The notes beneath the pieces are model-generated. The model was not told the DNA's origin. It ran no database searches and saw only the letters and a program-made list of their open reading frames with translations. Of a stretch of DNA of 64,000 bases, positions 41,601 through 56,400 are shown in pieces. Each line of letters starts with the position of its first letter. Position 1 is the first letter of the stretch. Origin of the DNA: Gnetum montanum (taxonomy: Eukaryota > Plantae > Gnetophyta); NCBI GenBank assembly GCA_015680685.1, contig MNCI01000673.1, positions 1 to 64,000 on the forward strand, read 5' to 3'. The position numbers and the translations under genes are program-made.

Positions 41601-43528
41601 AAAGTTCCAAGGTCTTCCTAAAATAACATCAACATAATTAATCAAAAGGATATCACAATGTACCTTGTCTCTAAAGGATCCAATTTTAAAGGATAAAATA
41701 CATCTCATTTTTACCTCTTGTAAATGATCCTTGGAAAGCCAATGGAATATATAGGGTTTAGGATGTGAAATTTTCTTCAACCAAAGCTTAGAAATACTCT
41801 TTGAAAAGATCACATTTTCTTGAGCACTACCATCAATTAAAATTTGTATCCATTTACTAGTATATAGACACATAGCTATAATCATAAAGAGCATCTTTCT
41901 TCTAGGATCCTCATTGATATTCACTTTTCTCATAAACATAAAAAAATTAATTTTAGTGATATCTTCAATCATTGGTGCATGAGGATTACCTTCATTAGAG
42001 AATTCTTTCTTCTCTAAGGTCTGAACCTCCTTACCTTTGGAGATCTTCTTCTTACACTCCCATTACTTATGTCTCTTTCCACCATAATTGAAGCATTAAA
42101 GTTTGGATGCATAGTCATTTTCTTGTCCCCCTTCATTCTTGAGGTAGTCCTTCTTGAGCTTCTATTGCTTCTCCCTTGTGTCGTCTTTGGCATTTTCCTT
42201 CTCCTTGGCTTCCTTCTCATCGTAAGAAGCTTTGGAGTGTTTGCCTTTAGAATATTTGGCATCTCTATTATATCCTTGGAGTTTCTTCTTAGTCTTAAGA
42301 TCTAATTCAAAAGTCTCATATAATGTTTGTGGCTCATAGAATATTATCTCTTTTTGGTATTCTCTCTTTAATCCTCCTTGGAAATTAGATGCTTGTTCAT
42401 AATCATCTCAAAGAACTTTTGCAAGTTAGAAGGCTTTACAAAAATCCATGTAAAGGTCTTTAATACTCTTATTACCTTACCTTAGCTACTTCAATTTTTG
42501 AATTACTTCTTACGCATGCTGGGTCTTCTCAAATTTTTATTTAAGCATGAACTACATCAAGGACCAATCTTTGATGGAAGTTCCATTACTTACAAGGTAA
42601 GAATGGCTTTATTTTTCCCATTAAATTTATGTCATACCATCAAGCTTGGTTTCAACATATGAAACCTATTGATTTTTTTCATATCTTCTAGTTCAAAGTA
42701 CTTTTTTAAATTCTTAAGCCAAGAAAGAAATGATTTAGTTCCTTCCATCCTATTAAACATCTTCACTTTCACATAAGACATTTTAGAGGCATGCCTAAAA
42801 GCCCTTACAAGAGTAATCTCTAATCCTTTCCTTTGGTTCCATTAAGGTCTAGAAGTAGATTCACTGTTTCTTCATCTTGGAAATATAGACCTATGGGACC
42901 TTGACCCAAAAATTAGAGAATGAGGGTTTTCATCATGGTCCTCATCTTTGCCAATGTCTTCATTCCCAAAATGAATGTCATCTTAAAGAGTAGGCATCAA
43001 TTGTTTCCTTGATGAAGAAGCCCTTGATGAAGGAAACTTAGAGTTGACATCTTGCCTAGTTGCCCTTGATGTTGGAGGTTGATCCTTCTTTTCTTTAAGC
43101 TTTCCCATTCTATTCACAAGAGTCTAGAGTACATCCTCAAGTCTTCCATGTTCTTGGATAATCCCTTGACTGATTTTTGCTTAGGTGCCATGATCAAGTA
43201 GACCTAAATGAAAAATTAAACAAATACCCACAATAAATTGCATAAGTATTAAAAGTGATCACAACTCAATATTTAGCATCCAAATAATTCCCACAAATCC
43301 TAAGTAGGTTAATGAGTATCTTAAAAATAGGATTCCTCACTACCCAATTCACTTGATCATACCAATTGACCAAAAGAAGGCTAATTAAACCCTAATCAGG
43401 TATTACAATTAACATCAATAAAATTGCAAACCAAAATAAACTTGAACAAAATGAATTCTTGTGAATTGTTGTAGTGGATTACTTTTCTTGAGGTAATTTT
43501 CTTCAAATCCTATGCTATGCTACCAATC

Positions 43529-44336
43529 TAGTGAGGATTCCAATACTTCAAGGCCAAAATTAAAATTCCAATCTTCAAACTTGTAAAATGAATTAAGACA
43601 AGAAAGGAACATAGTCCTTCATTCTTGCAAAATCATGATAGAATTACAAAGATGAAATCAAACTACCAAAGGATACATAGGAGCTTAAGAGAATCAAACT
43701 CACAACTTCTCACACAATAGAAAAATCACAATGATGAAAAGCCTTATAACATGTTCAATCCTCTCTTCTCAACTCGCTTTCAAAAATCTATCACAGCTTA
43801 CTTCTTTCTTTCCTATTCAAATGAAAAGCTTGGATTCCTTTTTATAGTCTCTTCCCAAGTGTTCCTTCATCTTTCCTCCCATTTGAAATTTAAATTGAAG
43901 TCCATTAGAATCTATATAAGATGTCTGAGAGAAGTAGGATATTTCTTCCTTGAAAAAATTAAATCTCAAAAAAGACATTGTAAAGTCAATGGAGACATCT
44001 TGTAGAAGACATCTTGAAGATGATGTCTTGGATCAGTAGGAGATGTCTCGCTTGAGTTGTCACTGATCTTAAGAAACATATTTTTTTAGCATGTGATATC
44101 TTGGCCTACCTAGAGAAACCTTGGCTAGCATAGACACATCTTGATAGAGAGAACTATCAAAGATTAAAACTCTTCTTGAAATTTCCATAACTAGAATGCA
44201 CTTCCAATATCCTTTTCTTACCTCCTGGAGATGTAAATCAAATACAAAAATATAGACACATCTAAGATACAAACAATACAAAAAAATAAAAAACATAGTT
44301 TGAGGATGTTACATGGGTGGGGTAATATTTTCATAA
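43529..44336 (-). repeat. 5' LTR of element D
   Basis: Homologous to 37866-38629; Met-type PBS adjacent. Confidence 0.85.
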
Positions 44337-44385
44337 ATGTAAATTAGTAGTCTTTTATGTGCATAATATTTTTTAGATAATGAGT

Positions 44386-45641
44386 TATAACACCCTACCT
44401 TAATGCTCCTAGCTAGGATGAAGTGATGCTTAAGATCACTAGTAATAACAGAATGGACGTATGATAAACTATAAGCTAATGATGCATGAAAATATGTTAA
44501 GAATAAACCATTTAATATATATAATATTAAGATAGACCAAACTACATAAAAATCCATGCCAAACCAAAGACTAAGCATATTGATCAATTTATAAAACTAC
44601 ATGTCTCTATGCAAAATAAAACTTAGTACTACTTTTACAAGATACAAATTATAAACTTCATCATATACATAAGACTATAGTGAGGGTTATACAAATATGA
44701 ACAATCCAAAATACTACATATGAAAATATAAATTAGCCAATCCCTAAGAATTTCCCTCTCCTTTATTCCCTCTCAATGCTTGCTTGCATCCCTATGGATT
44801 CCACCTATAAATAAATAAAGTCAATATAATACTAAGTGGAAAGCCTTTATACTTCTCTTACTAGATGGTTAATAAGTGTTGCACTAGAGGAGAGGAATGG
44901 AGTACAAGAAAACCCACATCAACTATTAGTCTTATGTATGCTCTAAGTAATACTTGTGCATACTGTATCATACATAGCATAAGCATAATCCCTACTAAAG
45001 TGAATAGATAGCCATCACATAGTCATAGAGATACTCATTGTCAAACATAATCAATCATATATGTTTTACACCACACCACATGCATCTATGCTATTATGCC
45101 CATACCATCATGCCCACTCCATACCATCAAGCAACACATGGACCACATAAACATAGATCAAACATAACACATATTATCAATGCTATGATCCACAAATCGA
45201 TACCATCATATACACAACCCATATAGTCACTAGCATATCTGCACTTAGTGTAGCTTGTAAAACATTTCCATGAGTGCTCATAAATAATCATTTCCTATAG
45301 GTATTTATTAGTCTTCTATTTATCTAACTAGTGCTAGGATCCATCAACTTGTGATCCACAATTGCTAGCCTTTTGGAGAACTAGCTATAGGGGAAAACAC
45401 ATCTATGTGATGTGCCAACTGTAGGGATGAACATACCTACACTCTCCCACTCTCAGGATGAGGCTTGAGATATGAATGTTACTAATTCATCATAGTGGGG
45501 ATCAATCCATAACTACCTCTAGGGTACCTCATCACCAACTAGTCCACATCCTTATGTTAGCATCACCTACCAAAAACTACTACAAGTGTTGTTGCGAAGA
45601 CACATATAAATCTAGGCTAGCTTAAACTAATATATGTTACA
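44386..45641. mobile_element. Possible Tekay/Del-like solo LTR relic
   Basis: Ends TATAACACCC ... ATGTTACA resemble Tekay TGTAACACCC/GGGTGTTACA termini; CATA-rich interior; no TSD. Confidence 0.4.
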
Positions 45642-47224
45642 AGTGTTTCACTTGGAAAATTTGGTCACTGGAAAACTAAAGATCATAAGCATGGAATAGG
45701 TTTAGTCTTGGATCCCAAGGACCTCCCAAAAAGAGGATTCAAGGCACGTTGGATGATTTGGCCAATCACCGAGGGATATGAGAAACATAAACATGGGTTA
45801 ACGAACTGCAAAAATACTATAGATTTGATCTAGGAAATAAATGCAAAAAATAAAATTATAATAACTTTGCATAGAAAATGAACTATAAATTTTATTACAA
45901 TGAAAATATTGTAAATAAAAAAAGTTCAAAATGTGTATAGATAGTGCCTAGATGCATAAGGGATTTCTCTTGGTGGAGTTTGAAGCTTGTTGATGCTAGT
46001 AGTCTAGAACCATAGTCAACTATATGATCTAGGTACTTTGCAACTTCCAAACCAAAATACCATGCTAATTCCTCTCACAGATCTATAGCATTGGTCATAG
46101 GGGGGGTAAGGCATGTGAAGAACTTTTGTCACAAGGGGGGTACTACGCTAGAAGTCTTGATGCCCAAGTAATTCAACATTACTCTAAAAAGTCTCACACA
46201 AGCCTTAAGTGTTGAAAAATCTAGCTGTAAGTTCAACATTGAAGAATTAACCAAAATCTTTATGTTTTCTCCAAGATTAAAAAGCTTAGTAATTCAAAAG
46301 TGGTGGAACCCTTTCAATGTATTTAAAGTGAATTTATATAGGCTATATGGCTATTGAATTTTGGCTGCAAATTTTTGTCATGATTACTAATAGATTGGTG
46401 TCATGTCCAGGTGTGGCATGTATTTAATTCTATCATAGCTACTATTTGTGGGAAGTTTTGATACCTCCAAGGCACCAAAACCATGCTAGTTACCAAAAAT
46501 AGTAAACAGATTTTTCATCCACATTGGTTACTTTCACCCATGCTTGCTTTCCAATAGTAATGTTGAAGTTATGGAATCAATGCTAAAATTTGATGAAAAT
46601 GGAAACTCCCACCACTCCAATTCTATCCTTGATGTGGCAATGCTAGCTTTATGTTGACTACACTGGCCATAGTTGGGGGAATGAAAGCAAAATCCTCTAA
46701 TGCTAGCATAGATGCTTTCAATGTAGTAATGGTCCCCCCTCCCCCCCCCTCCAAAAAAAAAAACCCTATGAAAATGTTAATTTTGGTAGTCCAAAAGGCA
46801 TTTTTAACCTTCCCAAGCCCAAATATAAACATGGTGGAACTTTGTTCACTTGGAAAGTAAGGCTATAATAACTTATGATATTTTAGCAGTATGTGAAATT
46901 ATATCTCATGGATTACAATCTTCATATTTTATAATGAAATTCCAACCTCAAGTTTTATGGGGTGAAAGTTATAATGCTAAAAAGGTTACAACATGCATTT
47001 TCTTGGTGGTGTTTCATTGGCCCTTCTTTGTTGATGCTTGGAGGATTGACCCAAGATACATCGACAAAGAACACAAAACACCACCAATAGACCAGATCAC
47101 CATAGGTTACTATCATTACAAAGCTCTATAGTTTATTTATTGTGCTAAACAAAGAGGGAGATAGAAAAAGAACATACAAGCGTGCTTGCAATCTGATGCA
47201 AATGTTGTATATGTCAATTATTAG

Positions 47225-50200
47225 ATGTAATAGGGTTTTATATAGGAATGGTTGACTAGATTGACTAGTTCATTCCCATCCATGTCTGCAATATTGAATG
47301 CTCTATTTTTGTAGGCCTTCATGATTAGGAAAGGCTCTTCCTAGTTAGCTAAGAACTTGTCTGGATGTTCATGGATAGCTTTGAGAACCAGGTCTCCCTC
47401 CTTAATCTTCCATTTGTTTAGGTCATGATGATGTTGTTGTTTTTGCCTCTCTTAGTATGGCTTAATGTGAACATGCATTCGTGCCCATTACTCTTCCACT
47501 AAATCTAGGTTAATAGTACATAGCTTCTTATTCTTCTCATCATTGATGAGGTTTGATAATGTCACTCTAAGTGATGAAACCTGCATTTTGAAAGAGAAAA
47601 TAGTTTCAATACCACAAACTACGCTATACAAGATTACACTAATTGTAGTTCGATAGCTTATTCTGTAGGCCCAAAGTACATGAATAGGCTACTCATGCCA
47701 CTTGCATCTGCTATCATTAAGCATATTTTTCAACAAGCTTATGATGGCCTTCTTGCCTGCTTCAACTTGTCCATTGGCTTAAGAATAGTATAGTGATGAA
47801 AAGAAATGCTTGATAAATAGATCTTGACAAAAGGCTTTAGTTTCCTAGCTGTTAAATTATGGTTCATTATCTGTGACTATGATCAAAGGTATGTCAAAAT
47901 GGGCCACTATGTTAAGTATAAATCTATAGACTTGTTGAGATGTTATTTTTCTTAGGGGAATAGCTTCAACACACTTTGTAAAGTACTCAGTTGCAATGAT
48001 AATGAAACTATGCCCTACAAAAGATTTAAGCATTACAGGTACAACGACGTCCAATACCCACTATTGAAATGGTCAAGTTATTGAGTAGTGTATAACTTAG
48101 TTGGTGGCATGTGTATTAGGTTGCTATGCCTTTGATAGGTGTCCCAAGTTTTGATCTTCTATAGGTAGTGTATTTTCATATAGGGCTAGTAATATCCTAG
48201 TCATCTAATTTTAGAGACCATGGCTCTAGGTCCTATATGCCCTCCACATACACCCTCATCAACTTGCTCCAAGACTATGCTGGCTTCAATTTTTCCTAAG
48301 CACGCTAAAAATATGTCATCATAGGACCATCAACATAATGTATTATCTCTTATAATGATATACTATTTTGATCTTTTATGTACAATGTCCTTTTGAGAAG
48401 TAGTTAGGCTTTGTGAAGATTAACCATGCATTAGGTAAAACTTAATATTATCATACCACTCCTTTTGAGGAGTGATGTTGACAAAGGCTATGGAATCACT
48501 CCTAGTCTTCTACGTGGGAATAGTATAGTTCATGATTAAGGAAGGTAAGTTGCTAAACACATCACACATCATATTTAGGTCTAAGGATGAAATGAAATTA
48601 GCTAACATGTTCTCAGTTCATGGTATATGTTGGATATAAATGTTTGTAAATTATCACATTCGTTTCTTACCTAGGTCATAGTAGGGTTTCAAATGTTTGG
48701 CTTTACACATGTAAACCTTGAGTACCTCATTAACCATAAGTTGTGAATCACCTTTTATTATCAAATGTTTGATTCCTTCATCACAAGCTACCATCATTCT
48801 CCTAATTAATTCTTCATACTTTGCCATATTGTTGCTACATGAGAATTCAAAATGATAGGAGAAGGGTTGGATTTCACAAAAAGATGATGTTATGATAGTA
48901 GGAGCACTAGCCCCATGGATAGTTGAAGCTCCTTCAAAGTGCATAATTGCCTCATAGCCCTCAAGTACTTTGGTAACAATGTTGACATGATTTTCAAGGA
49001 ATTCAAGATCTATGGTTGCATGGTCTTCTACTAGTGAAAAATTAAATGCTTGAGAGACATAATGGAGATTAAATTTGGATGTAATGACTTTTCAATACGC
49101 TATATGGATAATTTCATAAATATTCATTGGTATGGTCCTAAGAACATCATCCTTGAAAATAACATTGACCTAGCTCCTAAAGAGGTAGTGTTGTCACTCC
49201 TTTAATGAGAAGACTAGGGCTAGACAATACTTCTCCACCTCAGTGTATTCAATGCATGGCTTAGGTAGTATATTGGTAACTTTTCTCCATCATATTGTTT
49301 TTGATAGAGTAGAAAGACAATGGACATATCAAAGATTGTAAGGCATATGTAGAAATTTTTATCCTTTTGTGGTGGATAAACCATGGGTAATTATGCCAAC
49401 TCTTACTTAAGGTTTTCAAAGCCTTATTGGCATTAAGTTGTTCACTCATAGTGAACTCCTTTCTTAAGCAAGTGCTGAATGGATTGTAACTTATTTGTAA
49501 GCCTAGAAATGAACCTAGGAATAAGTTGTAATCTACCTTGAAGTCCCAAAAGCTTCTTATGATTGGTTGGTATTGATAGATTGGATATGACCTTAACCTT
49601 GTTAGGGTCAACATATATTCCTACTTCAACTACTAAAAATCCAAGCATGTTAACAATTTTGACACTAAAGACACATTTCTTTGGGTTAAGCCTAATATCA
49701 TACTAAGGCATCATTTCAACATGAGGTCAAGATCATGTGCATGGTCATGGGCCATTTTGGATTTAATGACTATATCATCCACATAGTCATTAAGTAATCC
49801 TAGCATATAATCACTAAAGATATACATCATGGCTCATTGATAAGTGGCTCATGCATTCTTTAGATCAAAGGACATCATGGTGTAACAAAAGGTTCTCCAA
49901 GGGGTTATGAAGGTCATACAAAGTTGATGTTCCAGGTTAATCCTAACTTTTTTATATCCTAAAAACCCATCCATGAAGAATAATAAGGCATGTCTAGCTG
50001 TAGTATCAATAAGTTGGTCAATATTAGGCAAAGAAAATTCATCCTTGATGGTTTCCTTATTTAGTTACTTCAAATCATTATAGCTACATATACTCCCATT
50101 TTTCTTAGGGAGCACCACTATGTTGGACACCCATTTCATGTAATCAACAACTCAAATGAAACTAGCCTAATATAGCTTTGTGATCTCATCACAAACTACC

Positions 50201-50691
50201 ATGACTAAATTTGGTCTAATCTTACAAACATTTTACTTACCTAGTTTCATACTAAGGTCAAGTATGATTTTAAGTTGCATCAAGCATGGGTGAAGACCTG
50301 GCATATTTTCATATGATCAGGTAATCACCTTATTGTTGTCTTGGAGGACCTTGGTGATATCTTGAACCTACTAAGGTTTTAGTGAGAAACTTAGTTTTAG
50401 CATTTTATCCTCACGATTATGTGTCATGACAAGAACTGTAACTAGAGAATCCTTGGCAACGTCACCAACCTCAAGGTCAAGGGTTTAAACTGGATTTTTA
50501 GGGCATTCTAGAGGTTTCTCTATCAATGCTATGTGGTCAATGAGGCTCTTAGAATTAATATTTAAGTGATTGAGATCAATAAATTGTTCAACTTCACCAT
50601 GAGGTCCACTTAGGTTCAATGGAAAATGGATCTACTTCTAAGTGTCCATACTCTAATCCTACATATCAACCATAAGCACATTAAGTGGCAC
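47225..50691 (-). pseudogene. Degenerate RT-RH-aRH-INT of element E
   Basis: *SYENMPGL, PNIDQLIDTTA.HALLFFMDGFLGY..MMSFDLKNA, YVDD; aRH HFEGAS..CSNNMAKYEELI..KGDSQLMVNEV (48654-48944); integrase IIIATEYFTKCVEAIPL, N*EEPF. Confidence 0.92.
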
Positions 50692-51029
50692 CTATGTAAA
50701 ATGATCAATTAATATCAAAATAATGAAAAATACTTCAATAATAATGCATGAATAATCAAAAAAACATTGCATCAATGGTCAAACAAGGTTTAAATAGGGT
50801 GACTAAGGTTACAAGAGGTAGGTGAAATAAACATGATGAAACAAAGGCCAAACAAGGTCAAATGAAGGGCAAATGATAGGTAAAATGTGGTCAATATTGG
50901 TCAATTAGGGTTAGATTTTGTTATTTTTAGGCCATAGGAATCCATAGTGGAAGATCACAAGGTTGAAAGATGAGTTTGGGCACTAAATGATGGTGTTTTG
51001 AGGTCATTTAAGGTAAAAAAAATCAGGCC

Positions 51030-53290
51030 TTTTTTGAGCTTCCACATTGGACAACATGGGTGGGATGAGCCCTAGCATGGATAGGATGGAAATGTGATTT
51101 TATAGTTTGAAAATGGTCATTTTTGGAGTCCTGATGATTTGTATGGTTAGTGAAATGAACTGTGGATGTAGATTTGGTTCTGGTGTTGATTTGATCCTTT
51201 AGAAGCCATAAAGACAACTTGGAACTACCATCCACACTAGGACTATGTTGGTCAACGTGGTCCCAATGTGGGTACATGGAGAAATTGAGTTTATAGCCTC
51301 CCAAGGTTAAAATTGATGTTCTATTGGCTTTCTAGGGTAGCATAGGGTCATGAGGTTTGGAAATAGTGACTATGAAGCCAAAATATGCAAATAGAAGTGG
51401 GTTTGGGGTATTTCCCTCTAGGGCTATGCTAGCTATCATAGCTAGGGGTGGTCCTAGTGTGGATGAGTAAAATATGGTATTTTTATGATTAAATAAAGGT
51501 TAAATTGTAGCTACATTTAGGGTTTTGAGGTTATATACTCCCACAATTGAGTTTTGAGGCCATTTGGTGGAGGTTATGCTGGTAAAACCTATTTGAAAAT
51601 CCAACTACATTAGAGCCATACTAGGCAGCATGGTTCTAGTACCCTGAAGCATAGTTACATTTGATTTTTGCTTCTTAGTGAATTCTACAAAAAATTTACA
51701 AAGTTTTCAATATTTTAGGATCACTAGTATTCATGGTCAAGGTTTAGGCTTGTAATTGTCAATGTTGAGGGTTGTTTGAGTCTTAGCATGGTCATACCCC
51801 CTTAGACTATGCTATCTAGCATAGTCCTAGTATGGATGAGGGGGTATGATGAGTTTTTTATCATTTGTTAACCTAATTTCTAGGTTTTTATGAACCCTAA
51901 AGGATTTGACAAAGTTCTGGGTTTCCCAAGTTAGATTTTTTGTTGTTTGAATTGTTGTAATATTGGAAAAATTGATCTTAGGCCTTATCCACACTGGAGC
52001 CATGCTGACTAACATGGTTGGAAGTGACCCCAATGTGGATGGATAAGGCATGATGTTTTTATGACTAAAATAAGGAAAAATTGTAGTTGGTTTTAAGGTC
52101 ATGATGTTCTAGGCTTACCAAGTAGAGTTTTAGATATCTTGGTGTATTATGAAACTAGTAGAATTGGTCAAAAACCTCATCAACATTAGAGCCACATTGG
52201 ACAATGTGGCTCTAGCCTTCTTCAACATGGGTACACTAAGGTTTTAACTTTTAGGTGGTTTTGGTGCAATATCAACAAAGTTATTGAGTTCCTAGTATTA
52301 TTGATGTTGATGGAAAGAATTTGATCTTGAAATTGTTAATTTTAAAGGCTTTTTTATGGCTTTTGTAGTCATCCCCCTCTGGCTATGCTAGCTAGCATAT
52401 CCCCAACATGGATGAAGGGGGAATGAAAGGTTCTTACCATTTTTGACTCAATTTCTTGAGTTTTGGTAGTCGCTAGAGGCTTAAGTAGGGTTTTAGGGTT
52501 AGAGGGATGAGTTTTGAGGTTGACTTGACCCATGTATGGCTTTTCTATTAATTTTCTTAGGGTACCCACAAGCTAGCATGGGTGAGGGCTTCCTTAGCTT
52601 GGGAAAGGAGGGTAACATGAAATTTGACTTATTTATTATTGATTTTTGGTTATAAAATACTTTGGGAAGTCATAGTGGCCATGATATGTCAATTTAGAGG
52701 TTTTTTAATATTTTACAACCAAACCCTATCCAACCATGTTAAAGCCATGTTGTCTAGTGTGGTTGGGGTCTTCTCCAGCATGGATGCAAGGTTAGAGTGG
52801 AGTTTTGACTAAATTTTCCTAGTTTTCTTGACATTTTGGGATAAGTAGGAATCTTGGGAAAATGTAGAGGCCAAAAAATGCAAGTTTGAAGGTCTTTTAT
52901 GGCATGTTATGGCCAAACCCCTACCATCCATACTAGAGCCACATTAGCCAATGTGGATGGGATGCATCCTAGTGTGGTTGACCCAAAACTAATGATTTTT
53001 AACACTTACTGTAGGTTTTTAGGGGTTTTGGGAACTATTGGAGGCTTCTACTAGGGTTTTAGGCTTTGCATATTATTTTAGAGTCAAATTGATGCCTAAT
53101 TGGTGTTTGGAAGTGTCATTTACCATGGAGCCAAAATAACAAATTTTGTTAAGGGGGTTAGATTCCTCAGTGCTTGATTTTTTACAATGTGTTAACCTTT
53201 AGTTTTTAGTTTTGGAATAGGAGGTTTTTAGGCTTCAATGTGTTGAGAATGGTGGACAAATCCACACTAGATCCATGCTAGCTTTATGGA
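51030..53290. repeat. Array of palindromic cores at ~190-bp period with diverged spacers
   Basis: Dyad centres at ~51050, 51251, 51432, 51624, 51815, 52008, 52200, 52391, 52572, 52753, 52947 (partial 53281). Confidence 0.85.
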
Positions 53291-53419
53291 GTTATTAGTG
53301 GATTTTGGTGGTGACTGAAATTTAGAGTTCATCACAAGGCTTTATGGAGCTTCAACCTGAGTGTAAATGGGGGTTTTGGTTGTGGATTTCATTGCAATGG
53401 GATTTTTAGTATTTTTATT

Positions 53420-56400
53420 AGGAGGCACCTAGTAAGACCCATCCAAATTTAAATGGTGTTTTCATTTTGAACTTCCCACCTTCTCAATGTAGCTAGGATT
53501 TTCCCCTTTTGCACTCTTAATTCACTATGAGTTGAGTAAGTGACTTTAGGAAAGAGGTTTTTAATGGATATGCATAGGTAGAGAGATCTTGAAAAAATCA
53601 TTTTATGAAACTCATTTTCTCAAGGTAGTGCATCTATGGAGAGCTCTTACAATATTTTTTACTTATACTCTACTAGTTCTCAATGTTGCTTACCTATTCT
53701 CCCTTAAGGAGTAGCATTGGCATTTAGAGCTTGGAGATTTTTGGAGGTTTTTGCATTGTTTATGAAGATGTTAAAGAGGAGATTAGTCACAAGCAAGAAT
53801 CCTACCTTGGAGGATGTAGAAATTATAGCCAAATGATTGTGACACTTGCCACAACCCATATTGGAAGAAGGATCATCTTCAATGACTCCTAGGTACATAA
53901 TTCTTGGTCATTTTCTCATGTGTTTTTACAATTTTCTTACTTAGGGCCTAGGTGTTTTGGCTTGTTTTGGTTGATTTATGACATGAGATCTAATTTTCTC
54001 AAAACTCTATGTTAGATCTAGGCCATGTTTATGAGGCTTTGTTGTTGCTTTGGTTTTGGGATTGGTCTATGTCAAATTATACATTTTGTTCCAGTCTTTT
54101 CTATGTGTTTTTTGTAGCTTCCCACCAAAAAGGAACACAAATTTTGTATTTTTTTTATGTGAAAACAACTTAAAATTTTCATTTTCTATGGCCATGGGGT
54201 TGTGGTACATTTTTCAAAGGTCAAAACAATGGTTGAACCATTGGATTTTGACTTATGGTGAATTTTCTGTGAATTTTTCCATAAGCTAGTTCATAGGGGT
54301 TTTTTAGTGTTTTGTTATTTTTTATGCTATGTTTCCAATTTTTAATGTAAAAATAGATAATAATTTTTGGTTTTTTTGGATTTTTAATTTTTAGTTTACT
54401 ATTTATTAGTTCAAATGGCTATGGAATCACTGAATTCTGATCCATAGTTACTTTTTGTGAGTTTTTTTTTGTGGATTAGTATACAGTGAAATTTTTAATT
54501 TTTATGGTTTTACCCCTTCAAAACTTGGTAATGTTGACACTTAGAATATTTTTTCCAAACAACATCCTAGGTTCTTGGGGATGTTTAAGACTATTTGGGG
54601 GGTTTGGCATCAATTTTGAATGTTTGAAAATTTCATTGATGTTTTTTTCAGTAATTTACTGTTAAGTCTTATTTTAGGTTTTAAAGGTTATAAGTGGTAT
54701 TCTTTTGTCTAGTCTAATGTGGTAACATTGGTATTATGGTTGTAGTTTTAGTTATCTCTAATTTTTTTTAGTAATCATTAGGTTTTAGTTGTGGTCATGT
54801 AAATTTTAAATGGTTATTTTTATGTTGTGCAAGGTCTTTCTCAAACCCATCCTGATGGTGAATGAGTTGGTGGGACTCTTGTGTTGTATTCATACACTAG
54901 GGCCCAACACTTCACCTCCGCATATGGTGTTGGAGTATGATTCATTATTTTTTAGGCTAAGAACAAAGAAGTTCCTAGCCTTTTTGTTGGAAAACTTTAG
55001 TGTGATGGTGTGGTCACACTTAGCTTTCTGCATAATAGCTATTATCATGAAAACCTTGTTACCTCATTCTACTAGCTTGATCATCAAATTTATTGTTTAA
55101 GATCTTGAAACACATGCCTAGGATGAAATACTTGATGGAAAGTATACTAGAGGTACTTGTAAGCTATCCAATATTTGGGACATGCTCGAGTTCAATCAAT
55201 ATAATGCCAATAATACATTGTTAGTCAACCAATGTGTCAACACATTATTTTACAACCTTCCTAATATTGTCTACCATGTGGAAGGGTAAACATGATTTTG
55301 GCTTATACATTTGGTTTAATTATCAATCTCATTAGGTTATTTGGTTTTAATAGCCTTTTTCTTGGATTGGCATATTTGTAGGTATAGGTTAAATGATCAA
55401 GGGCTCATCAAGGATGTCTAGTTCTTGCCCTTAGCTCAAATAGCATTGCAAGTCTTTGCCAAAGCACCATAGTGTGGCTCATAGTGGTGGAGCAAATCAA
55501 AGTTGACCTTGGTAGATACACCACACACTATGCCCAAGCCTACCAAAGATGCATAGCCAATGGGATGGCTCTTGATTGGTGGGATAAATCATATCTTGGT
55601 GTAGAGGTATGTGTATTCCTTAGGACCTTCTAGCCACCTTCCTCAAGTAGACAAAGCAAGGATGTGTAGTTTCATTTTAGTCTTTGTTTTTATTTTTTCA
55701 TTATGCAATGTTGATGTTTTCTAGTTATATCGTTATTTGGCGATCTTGGCTTTGATTGTTTTATTGGTTCTAATGGTGTTGTCCTAAGTGTTGTTTCTAA
55801 TTCATTATGTTTAATACTTATTATATTACTTTATTTGTTTTTTCCTTTGGATGTTGTATGATGTACTTGTTCCAAAGCTAACAAGTCATTTTTGTTGTGT
55901 TGTAGGGGCTACATCACCATTCTTCGTCACCGTAATTTCTTTGGGATGTGGTGAGAAGATAGTTATCCTTAAGTTTGCAAGGTGGAGGTGGCATAGAATT
56001 AGTTAACTAGCCAAGCACCCAAGGAGATCCAAGCAATGACCACCAGCATAGGATTGCTTGACTTAGTCATGGCTCCTACTCGAGCTATTCATACCTCTAA
56101 GATGATGAACATCATCAACTCCATTAGCAAAGGAGTGAAGAAATTCATCGCTTAGGTCCATGGTGTGCCTATCACCTTGGTCCTCAATGAGTCTATCATT
56201 TGTGATCTCTTTGGCATCCCTTGTGAGGGGATGAACATTGCCACCAAGCCAAGGAAAGATGCACACATTGGAAGAAGGTGGAACAATGGCTAAGTACTTC
56301 TTGCAGCCATTCTAGATTGTCCTTGACCAATTGTCAAGTCATGGAGGTGAATGAGATGTACCCATTATTCCAGTCCCAGGCTTTTCCTAGCTCTTATCAT

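Larger units (their letters stand above)
37866..44336 (-). mobile_element. Full-length decayed CRM-type Ty3/gypsy element D
   Basis: LTRs 37866-38629 and 43529-44336 (TGATGAGG...CCTCATCA); PPT GGGAGAGA at 38630; tRNA-Met-like PBS TGGTAGCATAGC; protease [48 protein letters not shown]..FFDD; integrase MDFICGIPK..VVDKFTKMVHFVPCK..DTSHVAHLYF. Confidence 0.9.

Noticed and set aside
51030-53290. CRISPR array
   Set aside because: Plant TE context, degenerate repeats, ~150-bp mutually homologous spacers, no cas genes.
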